A stretch of DNA of 63,409 nt, counting the filler, from Chiloscyllium plagiosum (lineage: Eukaryota), in the NCBI RefSeq assembly GCF_004010195.1. It is 5 parts of one record of this genome, joined end to end, with 100 filler letters (N's around TTAATTAATTAA, not from the genome) between each part and the next. Parts side by side here need not be neighbours in the genome. Positions count along the whole stretch, not along the records: positions 1 to 23,693 come from NC_057714.1; positions 23,794 to 42,498 come from NC_057714.1; 3 more parts are not named here. One strand, given 5' to 3'. A model generated the notes under the pieces. The model made no database searches, was not told the DNA's origin, and was given only the letters and a program-made list of their open reading frames with translations. Made by a program: the position numbers and the translations under genes. Below, one piece after another: positions 12,925 through 25,665 of the stretch (positions are counted from its first letter, which is position 1; every line of letters begins with the position of its first letter).

Positions 12925-13330
12925 AAAAAAAAACTGCAGATGCTGGAATCCAAAGTAGACAGGCTGGAAGAACACAGCAAGCCAAGCAGCATCAGGAGGT
13001 GGAGAAGTCAATGTTTTGGGTGTAACCCTTCTTCAGGACTGGGAGTGGATGGAAAAGGAGCTGCAGATAAAAGGTGGGGGGTTGGGGATGCGGTTGAATA
13101 CACGTAGAGGGTATGACCTGGTTGGTTGATGGGAGGAATGAATCTGGTTGGTGGCTGGAAGGGTCAACGAGAGGAATGGAAGGGAGGGGCTGGGAAGAGA
13201 GTCAGGCGATGGGAAGGGAGGTTAATTAAAATTGGAGCACTTGACATCGAGTCCACCGGGCTGTAGGCTGTCCAGACGGAAGATGAGGCGTTGTTCCTCC
13301 AATTTGCAGTTTGATTTGTTGTAGCAATGG
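12925..13330 (-). mobile_element. Penelope-like 3' fragment / pLTR
   Basis: ctgcagatgctgga...cccttcttcagg, plus the end of the GIY-YIG ORF. Confidence 0.7.
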
Positions 13331-14084
13331 AGAGATTTTCAGAGTTTTGCAGAGTTTTGTACAGAGTTCCTTGGCATGAAGCCTAGCAGGATATCTGATG
13401 AGTGTATCTTATCAAACTCACCTCATTAAAACCAACCAGGCCCTTCCTTATGGCACTGCTCTCACCTGATCCTCACCCTGTCTTACCATGTGCTATTCCC
13501 AGAACAACCAACCACTTATGGGATATCTGCCAAAAGATACGTATCCACACCTTCTTTGCAAGGCACTATGCACCAGGACAAGAATTACATCCCAGTGCTG
13601 TCCCTCACCAGCAAAGCAATTGCACAACAGCCACGCCTGACACACCCTCACATGTAATCACTCCACAATCTCTCACCTTTGTTATGGTTAAATACCAGGG
13701 CCCACAGTTTACCTGTCTCTAGCTGCATCCTATCTAAACACCCTCTAAGTCACTGCTATTCCGTCTCCAGTGTCCACTGTAGACCTGCAGCTTGTCACTA
13801 TCCAGTAGAGGAACATCACGTAAAGCAGAGCAATCAGACAAATTCAAACATGAGCTTTTATTTCCAGCCACCAAAAGTGAAAACAAACAAAATGAATAGA
13901 GGCTGCAGTTCACTTCCACTCTGCAAGTGAAATGCTGGAATGATGACTGACAACTATTTTACATGACACAATAGTTTGCTGCATCCAGCTTTTATCTAGT
14001 ATCTCATCTACTGGAACTGGCTATCAATCAGACTATGTGGAAATAGTGGCAATTGGATAATTTCACTGAACTAGCAATCCAAAA

Positions 14085-15515
14085 ATAGGGAGAAAGTGCT
14101 GGAGAGTCAGCATCCAAAAAGGGGTGGCGCTGGAAAAGAACAACAGGTCAGGCAGCATCTGAGGAGCAGGAGAGTCGATATTTCAGGCATAAGCCGTTCA
14201 TCAGGAGTACAAACAGGGAAGGGGAATGAGAAATAAATGGGTGGGTTTGCTGGGGGAGAAGGTAGGTGTGAAGGCGATAGGTGGATGCGGATGTGGGGGA
14301 AGTAACTGTGATAAGTCAGTGAGGAGGGTGGGGCAGTACGGTCTAAAGGCAGATGAACAAGTAGGACAGGTCAAAAGGGCAGTACCAAGTTGGAGTGTTG
14401 GATCTGGGATGAGGTGGAGGTAGGGGAGATTTGGAAACTAATGGTGAAGTCGGTATGGATGCTGTGTGGTTGAAAGGTACCAAGGCACAAGATGAGGTAT
14501 TCTTCCTCCAGTTAGTGGATGGATTTGATTTGGCAGTGGAGCAGGCCAGGACTTGCAGGTGGGTTGCTTAGTGAGTGTGTCCCAGAGATGTTCTCTGAAA
14601 CACTCCACGAGTTAGCAACCTGTCTCCCCAATGTAGAGGAGACTACATCGAGAGCAATGGATGCAGTAGATGAGATGGGTGGATGTGCAGGAAAATCTCT
14701 GCTGGATGTGAAAAGATCCTTAGGGGCCTTGGACGAAGGTGAGTGGGGAGGTTTGGGCTTAAGTTTTACACCTCCTGTGGCAACAAGGGAAGATGCTGGG
14801 TGTGGAGGGTGGGTTGGTAGGGGGCGTAGACCTAACAAGGGAGTTGTTCAGGGAATGGTTTCTGTGGAACATAGATACGGGTGGGGGGCAAAATATATCC
14901 TTGGTGGTGAGGTCTGTCTGTAGGTGGTGGAAAATGGTGGAGGATAATGCACGTATCCAGAGATTAGTGCAGTGGAAGGTGAGGACTGGGAGTGGAGGTT
15001 CTATCCTTGTTGTGGTTAGAGGGATGGGGTTCAAGGACGAAGGTGCTGGAAGTGGAGGAGATGTATTGAAGGGCATTGTTGATCACGCGGGAAGGGAAAT
15101 TGTGGTCCCTGAAATAGGAGGACATCTGGGATGTCGCTGGAAATGGAGACGAAGAGGTCCAGGAAGGGGAGGGAGGTGTCCGAGATGATCCATGTGAACT
15201 TGAGGTCAGGGTGGAAGGTGTTGGTGAAGTTGATGAATTATTCAAACTCCTTGTGGAAGCATGAGGCAGCGCCAATACAGTCATCGATGTAGCGGAGAGA
15301 AAGATAGGGGATGCTGCTGGCGTAATTATGGAAGATGGACTGTTTTATGTACCCTACGAAGAGACAGGCATTGCTGGGGCCCTTGCAGGTGCCCATGGCT
15401 ACACCTCTGGTCTGATAAGTGGAAGAATTCAAAAGGAGAAAGTGTTGAGAGTGAGGACCTGTTCCACCAAACAAACAAGTGTGTCAGTGGAGGTGTACTT
15501 GTTAGGTCGGCAGGA
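14085..15515 (-). mobile_element. Decayed Penelope-like element of a second (Neptune-like) family
   Basis: GVAMGT..GPS.ACLFVGY and RYIDD RT motifs; GIY-YIG-like CPRCG.LYIGET.R remnant near 14600; pLTR with hammerhead core near 14175-14205. Confidence 0.8.
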
Positions 15516-16857
15516 GAGAACCCCAAGACAATGTACTGGTAACACAGGTTTGAAATGCACCATGGCAGATAGTGAAATCTGAATTTGATAAAAGTCTGGA
15601 TTAGACAGCTGGCCTAATGATGACCATGTAAGCATTCTTGATTGTTGTAAAAATGCAATTGGTTCATTACTGCCCTTACTGGTCTTGCCTACATACTATT
15701 CTAGAAATTCATTTGATCACAGCTGTCCAAACTTGACATAAGCATCCTTCTTTCTCTTGACCAGAGTCTTGATATCTCTAATCATCCAATTTTCCCTACT
15801 CCTGCCAGCCTTGTCTTCACACTAATAGGAACTAGCTGGCACTGAACTCTTTACCTGTGAACTGCCTCCCCCAGTCAACTTTTGAAAGTTCCTGTCTAAT
15901 ATCATTAAAATTGGCCTTCCTCCAAATTCAGAATTTTAACTTGTGAACCAGGCCTATCTTTTTCCATAACTATCTTTAAATTAATAGAATTATGGTCACA
16001 GGTCCCAAAGAGATCCCCCACTAACAACTCAGTCACTTGCCCTGCCTTATTTCCCAACAGGAGGTCGGGTTTTACCTCTTCTCTAGAAGGGCTATCTCCT
16101 TGGTGATAGAGAACATTTTCTTGAACATACTTAAATTCCTCCATGATGATTCTGGCAAAATAAAAAAAAAGAAAGGTTCCCAATCCAGTAATAAAGTGAG
16201 AAGTAATCAGACAAACCCAAAGATAGAGGGCATTTCACCATGTACAGACAGGGATCTCCACCCCAGTCACGAGTCCACAGCTCCTCCATTTCACCTGGCT
16301 CTGGTACAGCCAGCCTTCATTATCAACCCAATTCCTCAAGTTAGATTTTACTGCTGAGGCTACTCGGGAATATACAATAGAGTCAAAGCAGCATCCTTGA
16401 TTTGTTTTCAATAATAAGCATTAGAAATCACAAATCTATGGATGAAATTTCGATCCCCAATGTATATATAATACATGTACATAATACATAGTATAAATAA
16501 TACATAAAAACATTCATTATTGACAACACGAGTTCATTAATTACTATTAGTGGAGATTACAAAGCATAAGTATGGCAAAAATGTTATGGTAGAAACACCC
16601 AAGTAGCTAGGCCAGCATTTATTACCCATCCCTAATTACCCAGAGAGCAGTTAAGAGTCAATTGCATTGCTGTGGGTCTGTAGTCATATGTAGGCCGGAT
16701 CAGTTAAGGATGGCAGTTTCCTTCCCTAAAGGATATCAGTGAGCCAGATGGCCTTTTATGACAATCATTAAACTGTTAATTCAAGATTGTTATTGAATTT
16801 CCATGGCAGAATTCAAACCTAGGCCAAGGAACATTACCTGGGTGTCTCAATTAATTG

Positions 16858-18692
16858 GAGCAAATTACTGCAGATGCTGGAATCTATACTGAAAACAAAA
16901 AGTACTGGAGATCACAGCAGGTCAGGCAGCATCCATGGAGAGAAAGCAAGCTAATGTTCCGAGTCTAGATGGTTCTTCATCAGAGCTGAAGTGAAGTGTG
17001 GAGGGGGCAGCATTTATGCAACGTTGGCGGCGGTGCTTAAAATGACTGTGTTAAAATGACAGGCCTTTTTTAACACAGTGTCCTGCTCGCATGCCCACTT
17101 GTCTGTCCTCAGCATGCTGCAATGCTCCAGCAAATCACAACAAAAAGGTTCCCCATGGTAGGCTCATTCAGAAGGTCAGGAGGAATGGGATACAGGGGAA
17201 CATAGCTGTCTGGATACAGAATTGGCTGGCCAACAGAAGACAGCGAGTGGTAGTAGAAAGAAAATATTCTGCCTGGAAGTCTGTGGTGAGTGGTGTTCCA
17301 CAGGGCTCTGTCCTTGGGCCTCTACTGTTTGTAATTTTTATTAATGACTTGGATGAGGGGATTAAAGGATGGGTCAGCAGGTTTGCAGACGACACAAAGG
17401 TTGGAGGTGTCGTTGACAGTATAGAGGGCTGTTGTAGGCTGCAGCAGGATATTGACAGGATGCAGAGATGGGCTGAGAGGTGGCAGATGGAGTTCAACTT
17501 GGATAAATGCAAGGTGATGTATTTTGGAAGGTCGAATTTGAAAGCTGAGTACAGGATTAAGGATAGGATTCTTGACAGTGAGGAGGAACAGAGGGATATT
17601 GGGGTGCAGGTACATAGATCCTTTAAAATGGCCACCCAAGAGGACAGGGTTGTTAAGAAAGCATATGGTGTTTTGGCTTTCATTAACAGGGGGATTGAGT
17701 TTAAGAGTCGTGAGATCTTGTTGCAGCTCTATAAAACTTTGGTAAGACCACACTTGGAATACTGCGTCCAGTTCTGGTCGCCCTATTATAGGAAAGATGT
17801 GGATGCTTTGGAGAGGGTTCAGAGGAGGTTTACCAGGATGCTGCCTGGACTGGACGGCTTATGAAGTGAGGTTGACTGAGCTCGGACATTTTTCATTGAA
17901 GAAAAGGAGGAGGAGAGGGGACCTAATTGAGGTATACAAGATAATGAGAGGCATAGATAGAGTCGATAGCCAGAGACTATTTCCCAGGGCAGAAATGACT
18001 AACAAGAGGGGTCATAATTTTAAGCTGGTTGGAGGAAAGTATAGAGGGGATATCAAAGGCGGGTTCTTTACACAGAGTTGTGAGAGCATGGAATGCGTTG
18101 CCAGTAACAGTTGTGGAAGCAAGGTCATTGGGGACATTTAAGAGACTACTGGGCATGCATATGGTCACAGAAATCTGAGGGTGCATACATGAGGTGGTTG
18201 GCACAACATCGCGGGCTGAAAGGTCTGTTCTCTGCTGTACTGTTCTATGTTCTATGTTCTAAAAACTGGAAAGGCAACATCTGATCTTCAGACTAGGCAC
18301 TTTACAACCTTGTGTGCTCAAAATTGATTTCAAGATCGTCAGACCATGAACCCATTCCTTCCCTTTCTTTTAGCTTTGCTTGTTACATTCTCTGTTATCA
18401 TGTCCTCTCTCTGTCCACTCCCCCCATCCCAGTGGGACTGTCTGTGCTTTACAGTCTGGCAGTTAGACATGCTATTGTTCTGCCATTCTCACATTCTAAT
18501 CACTTAATCTGAGCTATCAACATCCTTTGTCCCCCAACAGTCCAAGCCCATCCATCAATGCAGAAACGCTGGCCCATTCACACTTCACGTCAACTCTTAT
18601 GAAGGATCATCTAAACTCGAAATTTTAGCTTGCTTTTTCTCCATGGATGTTGCCTGACCCTATGTGATCTCCAGCATATTTTGTTATCTGCA
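16858..18692. mobile_element. Inverted-arm Penelope derivative split by a CR1 insertion
   Basis: Arm 16858-17020 is reverse-complementary to 18558-18692. Confidence 0.65.
17143..18261 (+). mobile_element. CR1 3' fragment with RT
   Basis: [24 protein letters not shown]; (ttctatg)n tail. Confidence 0.95.
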
Positions 18693-18876
18693 TTAATTGC
18701 CTTGTAATAATATCACAAAGCCATCACCATTCCAACCATTGAAAACGGATTTATTTTTCAAAGACAAGAAAATATATATAAATCTTCAATGAATTTTCTT
18801 TCAGTTATTATGTTTCAGTTGTGTAAAACAAACAGAACCTGCTTACAGACAGAACTATACAGAAGGGAAAGCTTAC

Positions 18877-19025
18877 CACTCTAAACAATTTTCGTTGTAA
18901 TGGCGGATAAGAAGCGATTTCCTTTAAACTCCAATCACACGCCATATTTGGTCTCTGACCTAACCCACTGCAAGGCGCATCCAGAAGTATACGATCAAAG
19001 GATTCCGGTAGAAATGGAGGTCCTG
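18877..19025 (-). CDS. NSUN6: NSUN6 coding exon 9 (PPFLPESFDRILLDAPCSGLGQRP, motif IV Cys)
   Basis: 149 nt; ctatag| acceptor (tandem tag-cag) and |gtaagc donor. Confidence 0.98.
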
Positions 19026-19524
19026 CTATAGAAATCCAAAATATTTAGCTGCGTCAATTGAAACAAACATAATGACCATGCTTTTAAATTTGATAAGAAT
19101 TGTACTGTGTTTCAACGAGGTTGAATTTAAGCTTGGCAGTTCGAATAAATTCTCTGATGATATTCTTCAAAGTATCTCAAATTAAATAATTTCCTTTGTC
19201 ATATGCCGTGAAGAAGTCAGAATTAAAACATGTCTCATATTTATTTTCTCTCAACATCAGATCTGCTTCACCCTTCTTTTTCCTATAATTCATCTTAGGC
19301 AGAACAAAATAATGGTATGCTAGTAGGCTTTGTTCTAAAGTGTTAAAGATGTACAAGTAAATGTTGGAAATTACACCTAGACATTCACAGAATAATAAAA
19401 ACTGCTTGGTCACATCCTTAGGCCACAAGACATATTTTAGAACACAAAGCCTTTTTTAATTAGAAGCACAATCTCAACTTCTCTGTGCTGTTTAATGTTA
19501 TTCAATTCTTGTTTTCTTTCATAC

Positions 19525-19669
19525 CTTGCCCATCCCAATTGCCTTCCTTTGCCAGTGCTTTAGTTCCATCATAACAAAACACTTTAATACATTTTAGTTG
19601 TAAATTCTCAGCATTCTGCTTTATCTTCTTCACTTTATTCGCAATTTTATCCATTGCTATTACTTCCCC
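19525..19669 (-). CDS. NSUN6: NSUN6 coding exon 8 (GEVIAMDKIANKVKKIKQNA...CYDGTKA)
   Basis: 145 nt; tttgacag| acceptor and |gtatga donor. Confidence 0.97.
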
Positions 19670-21159
19670 CTGTCAAAATATTAAATGTTCCAAATTTTAG
19701 TGAGGTTACTGTTTTTGTACGTTTACAATTATCAAAGTCAAAAACTGAAATGCACACCAGACAAAATCTATGGAGAAAGGAAAAATGTTAATTTTCAAAA
19801 GTATTGTGCTTTGTCAGAACATAGTTACAGATTTCCAACATCTGCAATCATTTTCTTTGCCTGCTGACAAACTGTTATGGGGAATTTTATTGCTGAACTT
19901 GAAATATTCAGTTAGGAAACAATATTACTAAATTATAAAATAGTACATTTTATCTGCTAAAACATATACTAACTCAAAGTTGAAGCTTACAACTATACTT
20001 TTTCCATAATTATTAAAATGTGATAAAATTCTAAATTGCAACAAATAATTCTGGTCTAAAATTTTAAATGACAATTTCATGTATAAGAGTTTAATTTGTA
20101 TGGTTATATTTTTCTGAACAGACAAGCAACAATAACCATTAAAAAAACCAATGCATCAAAATACCATTGGAGGGAACCAAAATCATACACCATTTAAAGC
20201 ACTACACACAAGATTATATATATTACAGTGAGGATGAGTGCATAGGCCCTACCACTACTGCATAGTCCTTCCAAACCCACTTCTAATTCACCCTCACATT
20301 GCAGAATATTATGCAAAACTAGGATAAAAAGGATATATAAAACATACACTTAAACAGTCATTATTCCACCAAATGTTGTTAGAAATGGTCCATGCTGATC
20401 TCTGTTTATCAGGAATAGCAGTGATTGCACTAAGAAGAAATGAACAGAATTGCTTAATAATTCTGTCAGTTCTGACCCCATCTTAAAAAAAAATCTATTT
20501 CTTATTAAAAATGAAGACTCTCTCTCAACTGGGGAAGATGCAAAGGTTACAGGAGCTGAAAGGTAAATCCCTAAACTGTCTTATAGGAAATGGTCCCAAA
20601 TCACAAATTACTTTTTAACATTCCCATTCTAAAAATCATGCATTTTTGGTCAAAAAACAAGCTTTTTTTCAATCTGTAAAGGGCAATTTATCTTAATTTT
20701 GGAAGAGGTCAGATTAAAAAAAAAGAAACCAAAATCCTTCGCTTGGTCCACTTTAGTGGCTCTACATCAACGTTTTCACAGTTAATTACTTAACAGTTGA
20801 TCCTTAAAGGCTGACATTAGCTTGAACATAATTTGAATATGAGGAGTTAGGATGGTAAGATTAATTTGTATAATTCTGCACACTATGGTGTTCCATTTCA
20901 TAGAATGATATTAAAATGATGAAATTTTACATGACATGTTTACCTGTACTAAATGTTTAAGCTAAATAACATATTTCTTTATCCTTTCAGGGGATGTGAT
21001 TGTCAATATCAAGACCAGAATTTGTTGCCCATTACTAGTTGGACTTGAACTGTGTTACTTGCTAGGCCATTTCAGAGGGCTGTTCAAAGTCAACTACATT
21101 TCCACTTGGAGGCCAAAATGAGTAAGGGTAGTAGATTTAAAGTATTAAGACTCAAAACA

Positions 21160-21775
21160 CAGAAGAGGCCTTTGGCCCATTGAGCCTGCATTGACAAAAC
21201 TATACAAGTCCAAATTTCCAACATTTGGCCCATAACCTTGAATGATACTTCAAGTGCTCATCCATGCACTTAATAAAGGTTGTGAGATTTCCCCCCCTCT
21301 ACTATTCTCCCAGGCAGTGCATTCCAGGTTCCCTCGGTGAAAAATGTTTCTTCAAATGTCTAAATCTTTTGCTCTTCACCTTAAAATATGCCTCCTCGTT
21401 ACTGACCTCAACTAAGGAGAAGTTCTGTTTCTTATCCATCCTGTCTACGCCCTTATTATAATATACATCTCAAACAAGTCCCCCCTTAGCCTTTTGTGCT
21501 CTAAAGGACCTCAATCTATCCAGCCTCTTATCAATAAAATGCTCCTTCCCAGGGAAATTCCTGGTGAATCTCCTCTGTGTCCCCTCCAGTGCAATCACAA
21601 GCTTCCTATAGTGCGGTGGTCAGAACTGCACAAAGTACTCTAGCTGTGGCCTAACCAAGGTCCTGTACAGCATCAATATAACCACCCTGCTCTTATAATT
21701 TCTGCCACAACTATTAAAGGCAAGTGTCCCATATGCCTTCTTAACCATTCTATTTACATGCCCTGTTGAATTCAA
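21160..21775 (-). mobile_element. CR1 3' fragment
   Basis: VKKAYGTLAF...LYRTLVRPQLEY. Confidence 0.85.
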
Positions 21776-21888
21776 GGGGTAGTTTTGTTGGTGAAAACAA
21801 ACATCCCACCATTTTTTAAAATTAAAAAATGTGTCCAGTATTTTGGTCAAAGTAGTCTAATTTATTTCACAAAGCAGATTATTTTTCA

Positions 21889-22044
<156 letters not shown>

Positions 22045-22749
22045 TTATTATTTGCTGTGTAGGCCTCCATGATTAATTTTGTATGTTTACTATATCTTAA
22101 ATTAAAACCTCCACGTATATTAAGACAATTACTTTCAAAATTAAACTCTCAAACAATCCAGAATAATCTTTTATCACAAAAAGGGTAGGATTTAGATGAC
22201 ACCACATGTCTGTTAATATCACCTATTTAAATATACCTTTAGTGCTTAAGTGGATAGTAAAAACATCCGCTTTAAATTAATTGCACAAGTATTACTCTGC
22301 CTGATTTCCCATCTTTTTCTTCAGTACCTTGCCCATTGCTAAGGACGTTAATAGCTAAAGGGGTATTTAGTTCTAGGTGATTGCTGACAAGTGGAATTGC
22401 ATTTCAAAGTAATTTCACAAGGATGATATAAGTCAATAAAAGCAAAGACTGTTATTCTTCTGCCAAGGATGCCCTAAACAACAACCATTATGTATACCTT
22501 GCCTTCTTTATGCTTAATGAAAAAAAAATTAACAACTGTTGAAAACACAAAGTTAAGTGCAAAAGTAAAATACTGCAAATGCTGGAAACCTGAACAAAAA
22601 AACCCCAGAAAATGCTAGCAATATTCAGCAGGTATAGCAGCACATGTAGAAGGAAAAAAGAGTCAACATTTCATATTGTAACTCTTCATCAGAACTGAAA
22701 AAGAAATTAAAATGTATTGAACATTAGCAGACCATTTCTTTTCCAGAGT

Positions 22750-22928
22750 TGGATTAGTGGCGCTGGAAGAACACAGCAGTTCAGGCAGCATCCGAGGAGC
22801 AGTAAAATTGACGTTTCGGGCAAAAGCCCTTCATCAGGCATTCCTCGAATGCTGCCTGAACTGCTGTGTTCTTCCAGCACCACTAATCCAGAATCTGGTT
22901 TCCAGCATCTGCAGTCATTGTTTTTACC
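22750..22928. repeat. Short inverted-repeat Penelope derivative
   Basis: tggattagtggcgctggaagaacacagcagttcaggcagcat ... atgctgcctgaactgctgtgttcttccagcaccactaatcca around one hammerhead core. Confidence 0.8.
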
Positions 22929-23169
22929 TTTTCCAGAGTTGCCCATTTTGAAGAAATTCTGCCCTTCTGCCCAACAATGATCTTGTCTCCTTTATCTTGT
23001 TCATCTGTGTTTTGCTTTCACAATTTCTTCTCGTATTTGATTAGGCAGCTAATAAAGCTGTTACACAACCATATCGGTTTTCTCAGCAACTGTCTCTAAA
23101 ACCAATTATTTTGATGTGGATTTAACTGAAATTCCAACCTTTGTGATTCAGATTCACCCATAATTCCAC

Positions 23170-23985
23170 TTTATCACAGACCTTCCCTTGTACTCTATGC
23201 TACTTTCTCCCCACCCCACCCTCCTCTAGTTTATCTCTCCACACTCCAGGCTCACTGCCTTTATTCCTGATGAAGGGCTTTTGCCCGAAACATCGATTTC
23301 GAAGCTCCTTAGATGCTGCCTGAACTGCTGTGCTCTTCTAGCACCACTAATCCAGAACCAACTTCAAACTGGGTCCATAAGTCAAATTTCATCTAATTCT
23401 GGTCACTGAGCTGAATCACTGGGCTACACATATCTGTTGCTCCCGATGCGGTCTCCTTTACATTGGGGAGACTGGGCGCCTCCTAGCAGAGCGCTTTAGG
23501 GAACATCTCCAAGACACCCGCACCAATCAACCAAACCACCCGGTGGCCCAACATTTCAATTCCCCCCTCACTCTGCCGAGAATATGGAGGTGCTGGGCCT
23601 CCTCCACCGCCGCTCCCTCACTACCAGACGCATGGAAGAAGAACGCCTCATCTTCCGCCTCGGAACACTCCAACCCCAGGGCATCAATGTGGANNNNNNN
23701 NNNNNNNNNNNNNNNNNNNNNNNNNNNNNNNNNNNNNTTAATTAATTAANNNNNNNNNNNNNNNNNNNNNNNNNNNNNNNNNNNNNNNNNNNNACTCTCT
23801 CCCCACCCCTACCCTCCTCTAGCTTATCTCTCCACGCTTCAGGCTCTCTGCCTTTATTCCTGATGAAGGGCTTTTGCCCGAAACGTCGATTTTGCCTGTC
23901 CTCGGATGCTGCCTGAATTGCTGTGCTCTTCCAGCACCAATGATCCAGAATCTGGTTTCCAGCATCTGCAGTCATTGTTTTTACC
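23170..23985 (+). mobile_element. Penelope-like 3' fragments and pLTRs either side of a gap
   Basis: CCSRCGLLYIGETGRLLAERFREHL at about 23435-23510; two hammerhead-bearing pLTR ends. Confidence 0.85.
23860..23887 (+). ncRNA. Minimal type I hammerhead ribozyme core (representative copy)
   Basis: CUGAUGA-A-GGGC-UUUU-GCCC-GAAA-C-GUC: conserved core, perfect stem II, GUC cleavage triplet. Such cores are known in Penelope-like pLTRs. Confidence 0.75.
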
Positions 23986-24450
23986 TACACGATACACTCC
24001 CCAGTCAGTGAATCTCAATGCAGGATGAGTAGGAAAGCAGAGTGCAAAATCCAGCAGGTAACCAGCCTGCCACTCACACACTCCTGCTCCCACTGCAACT
24101 TTACCAACCGCATTGAATGCACTGGCTGGCCCTTAATCACACCACAATTGCGATTTAACTGGCAGAAAGAAAGTCCATGCCAAGAACCCAGCCCCGCAGG
24201 TTCCCAAGTGGGTTGGTAATGATGGACCCCTCCTTAATGCATTCAACACATGACTCCTTTCCTTGAGACCTAAGACTTAGCTGCCACCCCTTTGCCCCTA
24301 CAGTTCCCCATTCCCATGGCCTCATAACTCACAGAAACCCACTCATTTGCCACGCCCTGCTATCCACAAAGCTTATGAAGTCCTGATCCAGCATTGATCA
24401 CCTTCTCCAACCCGAGTTTAGTACTGGCAGTGACCATGGCTCCCACTGAC

Positions 24451-25665
24451 TGTAACCAGGTCAGCCAGGTGGACCTCACAGAATATGAATTACCTGATTG
24501 GGTTGTTAATCTGGTCCAATCAGAGAGTCCTGGCTGACAGAGTGGAGCAGGAGTGTCCCCAAGGTCCCGTACTTTCCCCAGAAACCTGTGCCCCACAACC
24601 TGACCTGCCTCTGGAATTTTAGTTTTGTCGCTTTTAAGGAGGTATCACAGCAGGCCCTGTACAGACTGCTGCTGCACACCGTCCACCTCTTCTCCCTCAT
24701 CCATCACCCGGAGACATCTTGGTGTGCCAATTAGCTACCAGTCAGGAGGATCTCTAGTGGAGGGCTCTCTACGGGGGAGTCCTCTCCCTTTCTCTCGGAT
24801 CTGGGGTGGTGGGTGCTGCACGCAGCGGTCCCCTGCAGCTGCAGATTGCGGTGGCTCATGGACTCCCAGCCCAACTGCTTGTTTGTGGTGCTGTGGAGTC
24901 CGTGGACAATGTATATATTGGGTGCGGGCGCTTGCACTCTCTTTTTGATTTTCTTAAAAACCTTCTTGTCTGTTTCTGGTTGCTCCTGATCTTCGGGCAC
25001 CCAGTACGGAGGGGGAGGGCAGGTCTGCTGACCTCCTAATGGGCCTGCTCCTGGGCCTGGCCAAACTGGCCATAAACAGGTCCAGGCAGCGGGCCATGGA
25101 GGGGGTCATTAGAGCCGATTGCCTGCCCCTCTTCAGCGGTTATGTTAAACCCCGGGTGTCTCTGGAGAAGGAGCACGCGGTCTCCACCAACACCCTTGAG
25201 CTGTTCAGGGACAGGTGGGCACTGCAGGGAGTGAAGTGTATTATTTCTCCATCCAACTCTATTTATATTAATCCCTGCCCTTCCCCCTCACTTTTGATCA
25301 TGCAGCATTGCCCTCTAACAAGGGCATTGCTTGTCACTGGCCACTTGGGTGTTTCCTTTCTTCCTGGTGGTGGAAATTGAATAAAAATTTGTCTACTTTG
25401 TGTCTTTCACTGGGTCTCACACCTGCACACACACGACATGTGTGCTGAGGAAAAATAAGCACTACCGCAGTTAGGCAGTAGTGTGGGGGAAAATTAAAAC
25501 AAAAAACAGGAGTGGCAGAGGTTCTGAAAAAAAAAGGACAGGAGAGTCAGACATTTCAAAAGAAAAAACAGGAAAAAAGAACAGGAGTGTCAGAGATTCT
25601 GACAGGAAGCTGGAGCAGTGTCAAGGACTTGGTGATGGGATACAGGCCTCTGTGGAGTTATTTCA
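24451..25665 (+). mobile_element. LTR-like repeat (TGTAACC...TTTCA) interrupted by the Tx1 insertion
   Basis: caggtggacctc...ctgattgggttgttaatctggtccaatcag...cctggctgac is homologous to 49499-49735 and 56090-56194. Confidence 0.65.
24548..25591 (+). mobile_element. 5'-truncated Tx1-clade non-LTR retrotransposon (ORF2 C-terminus, 3' UTR, A-rich tail) with 10-bp TSD
   Basis: Decayed ORF2 pieces LYRLLLHTVHL..., CLVCGAVESVDNVYIGC (zinc-knuckle-like) and GLLLGLAKLAINRSRQ...FRDRW; TSD caggagtgtc at 24548-24557 and 25582-25591. Confidence 0.82.

Noticed and set aside
23738..23749. Palindromic TTAATTAATTAA between two 44-N runs (also at 42543-42554, 55496-55507 and 61431-61442)
   Set aside because: The identical 100-nt N-linker-N cassette with stops in all six frames is a scaffolding spacer, not biology.
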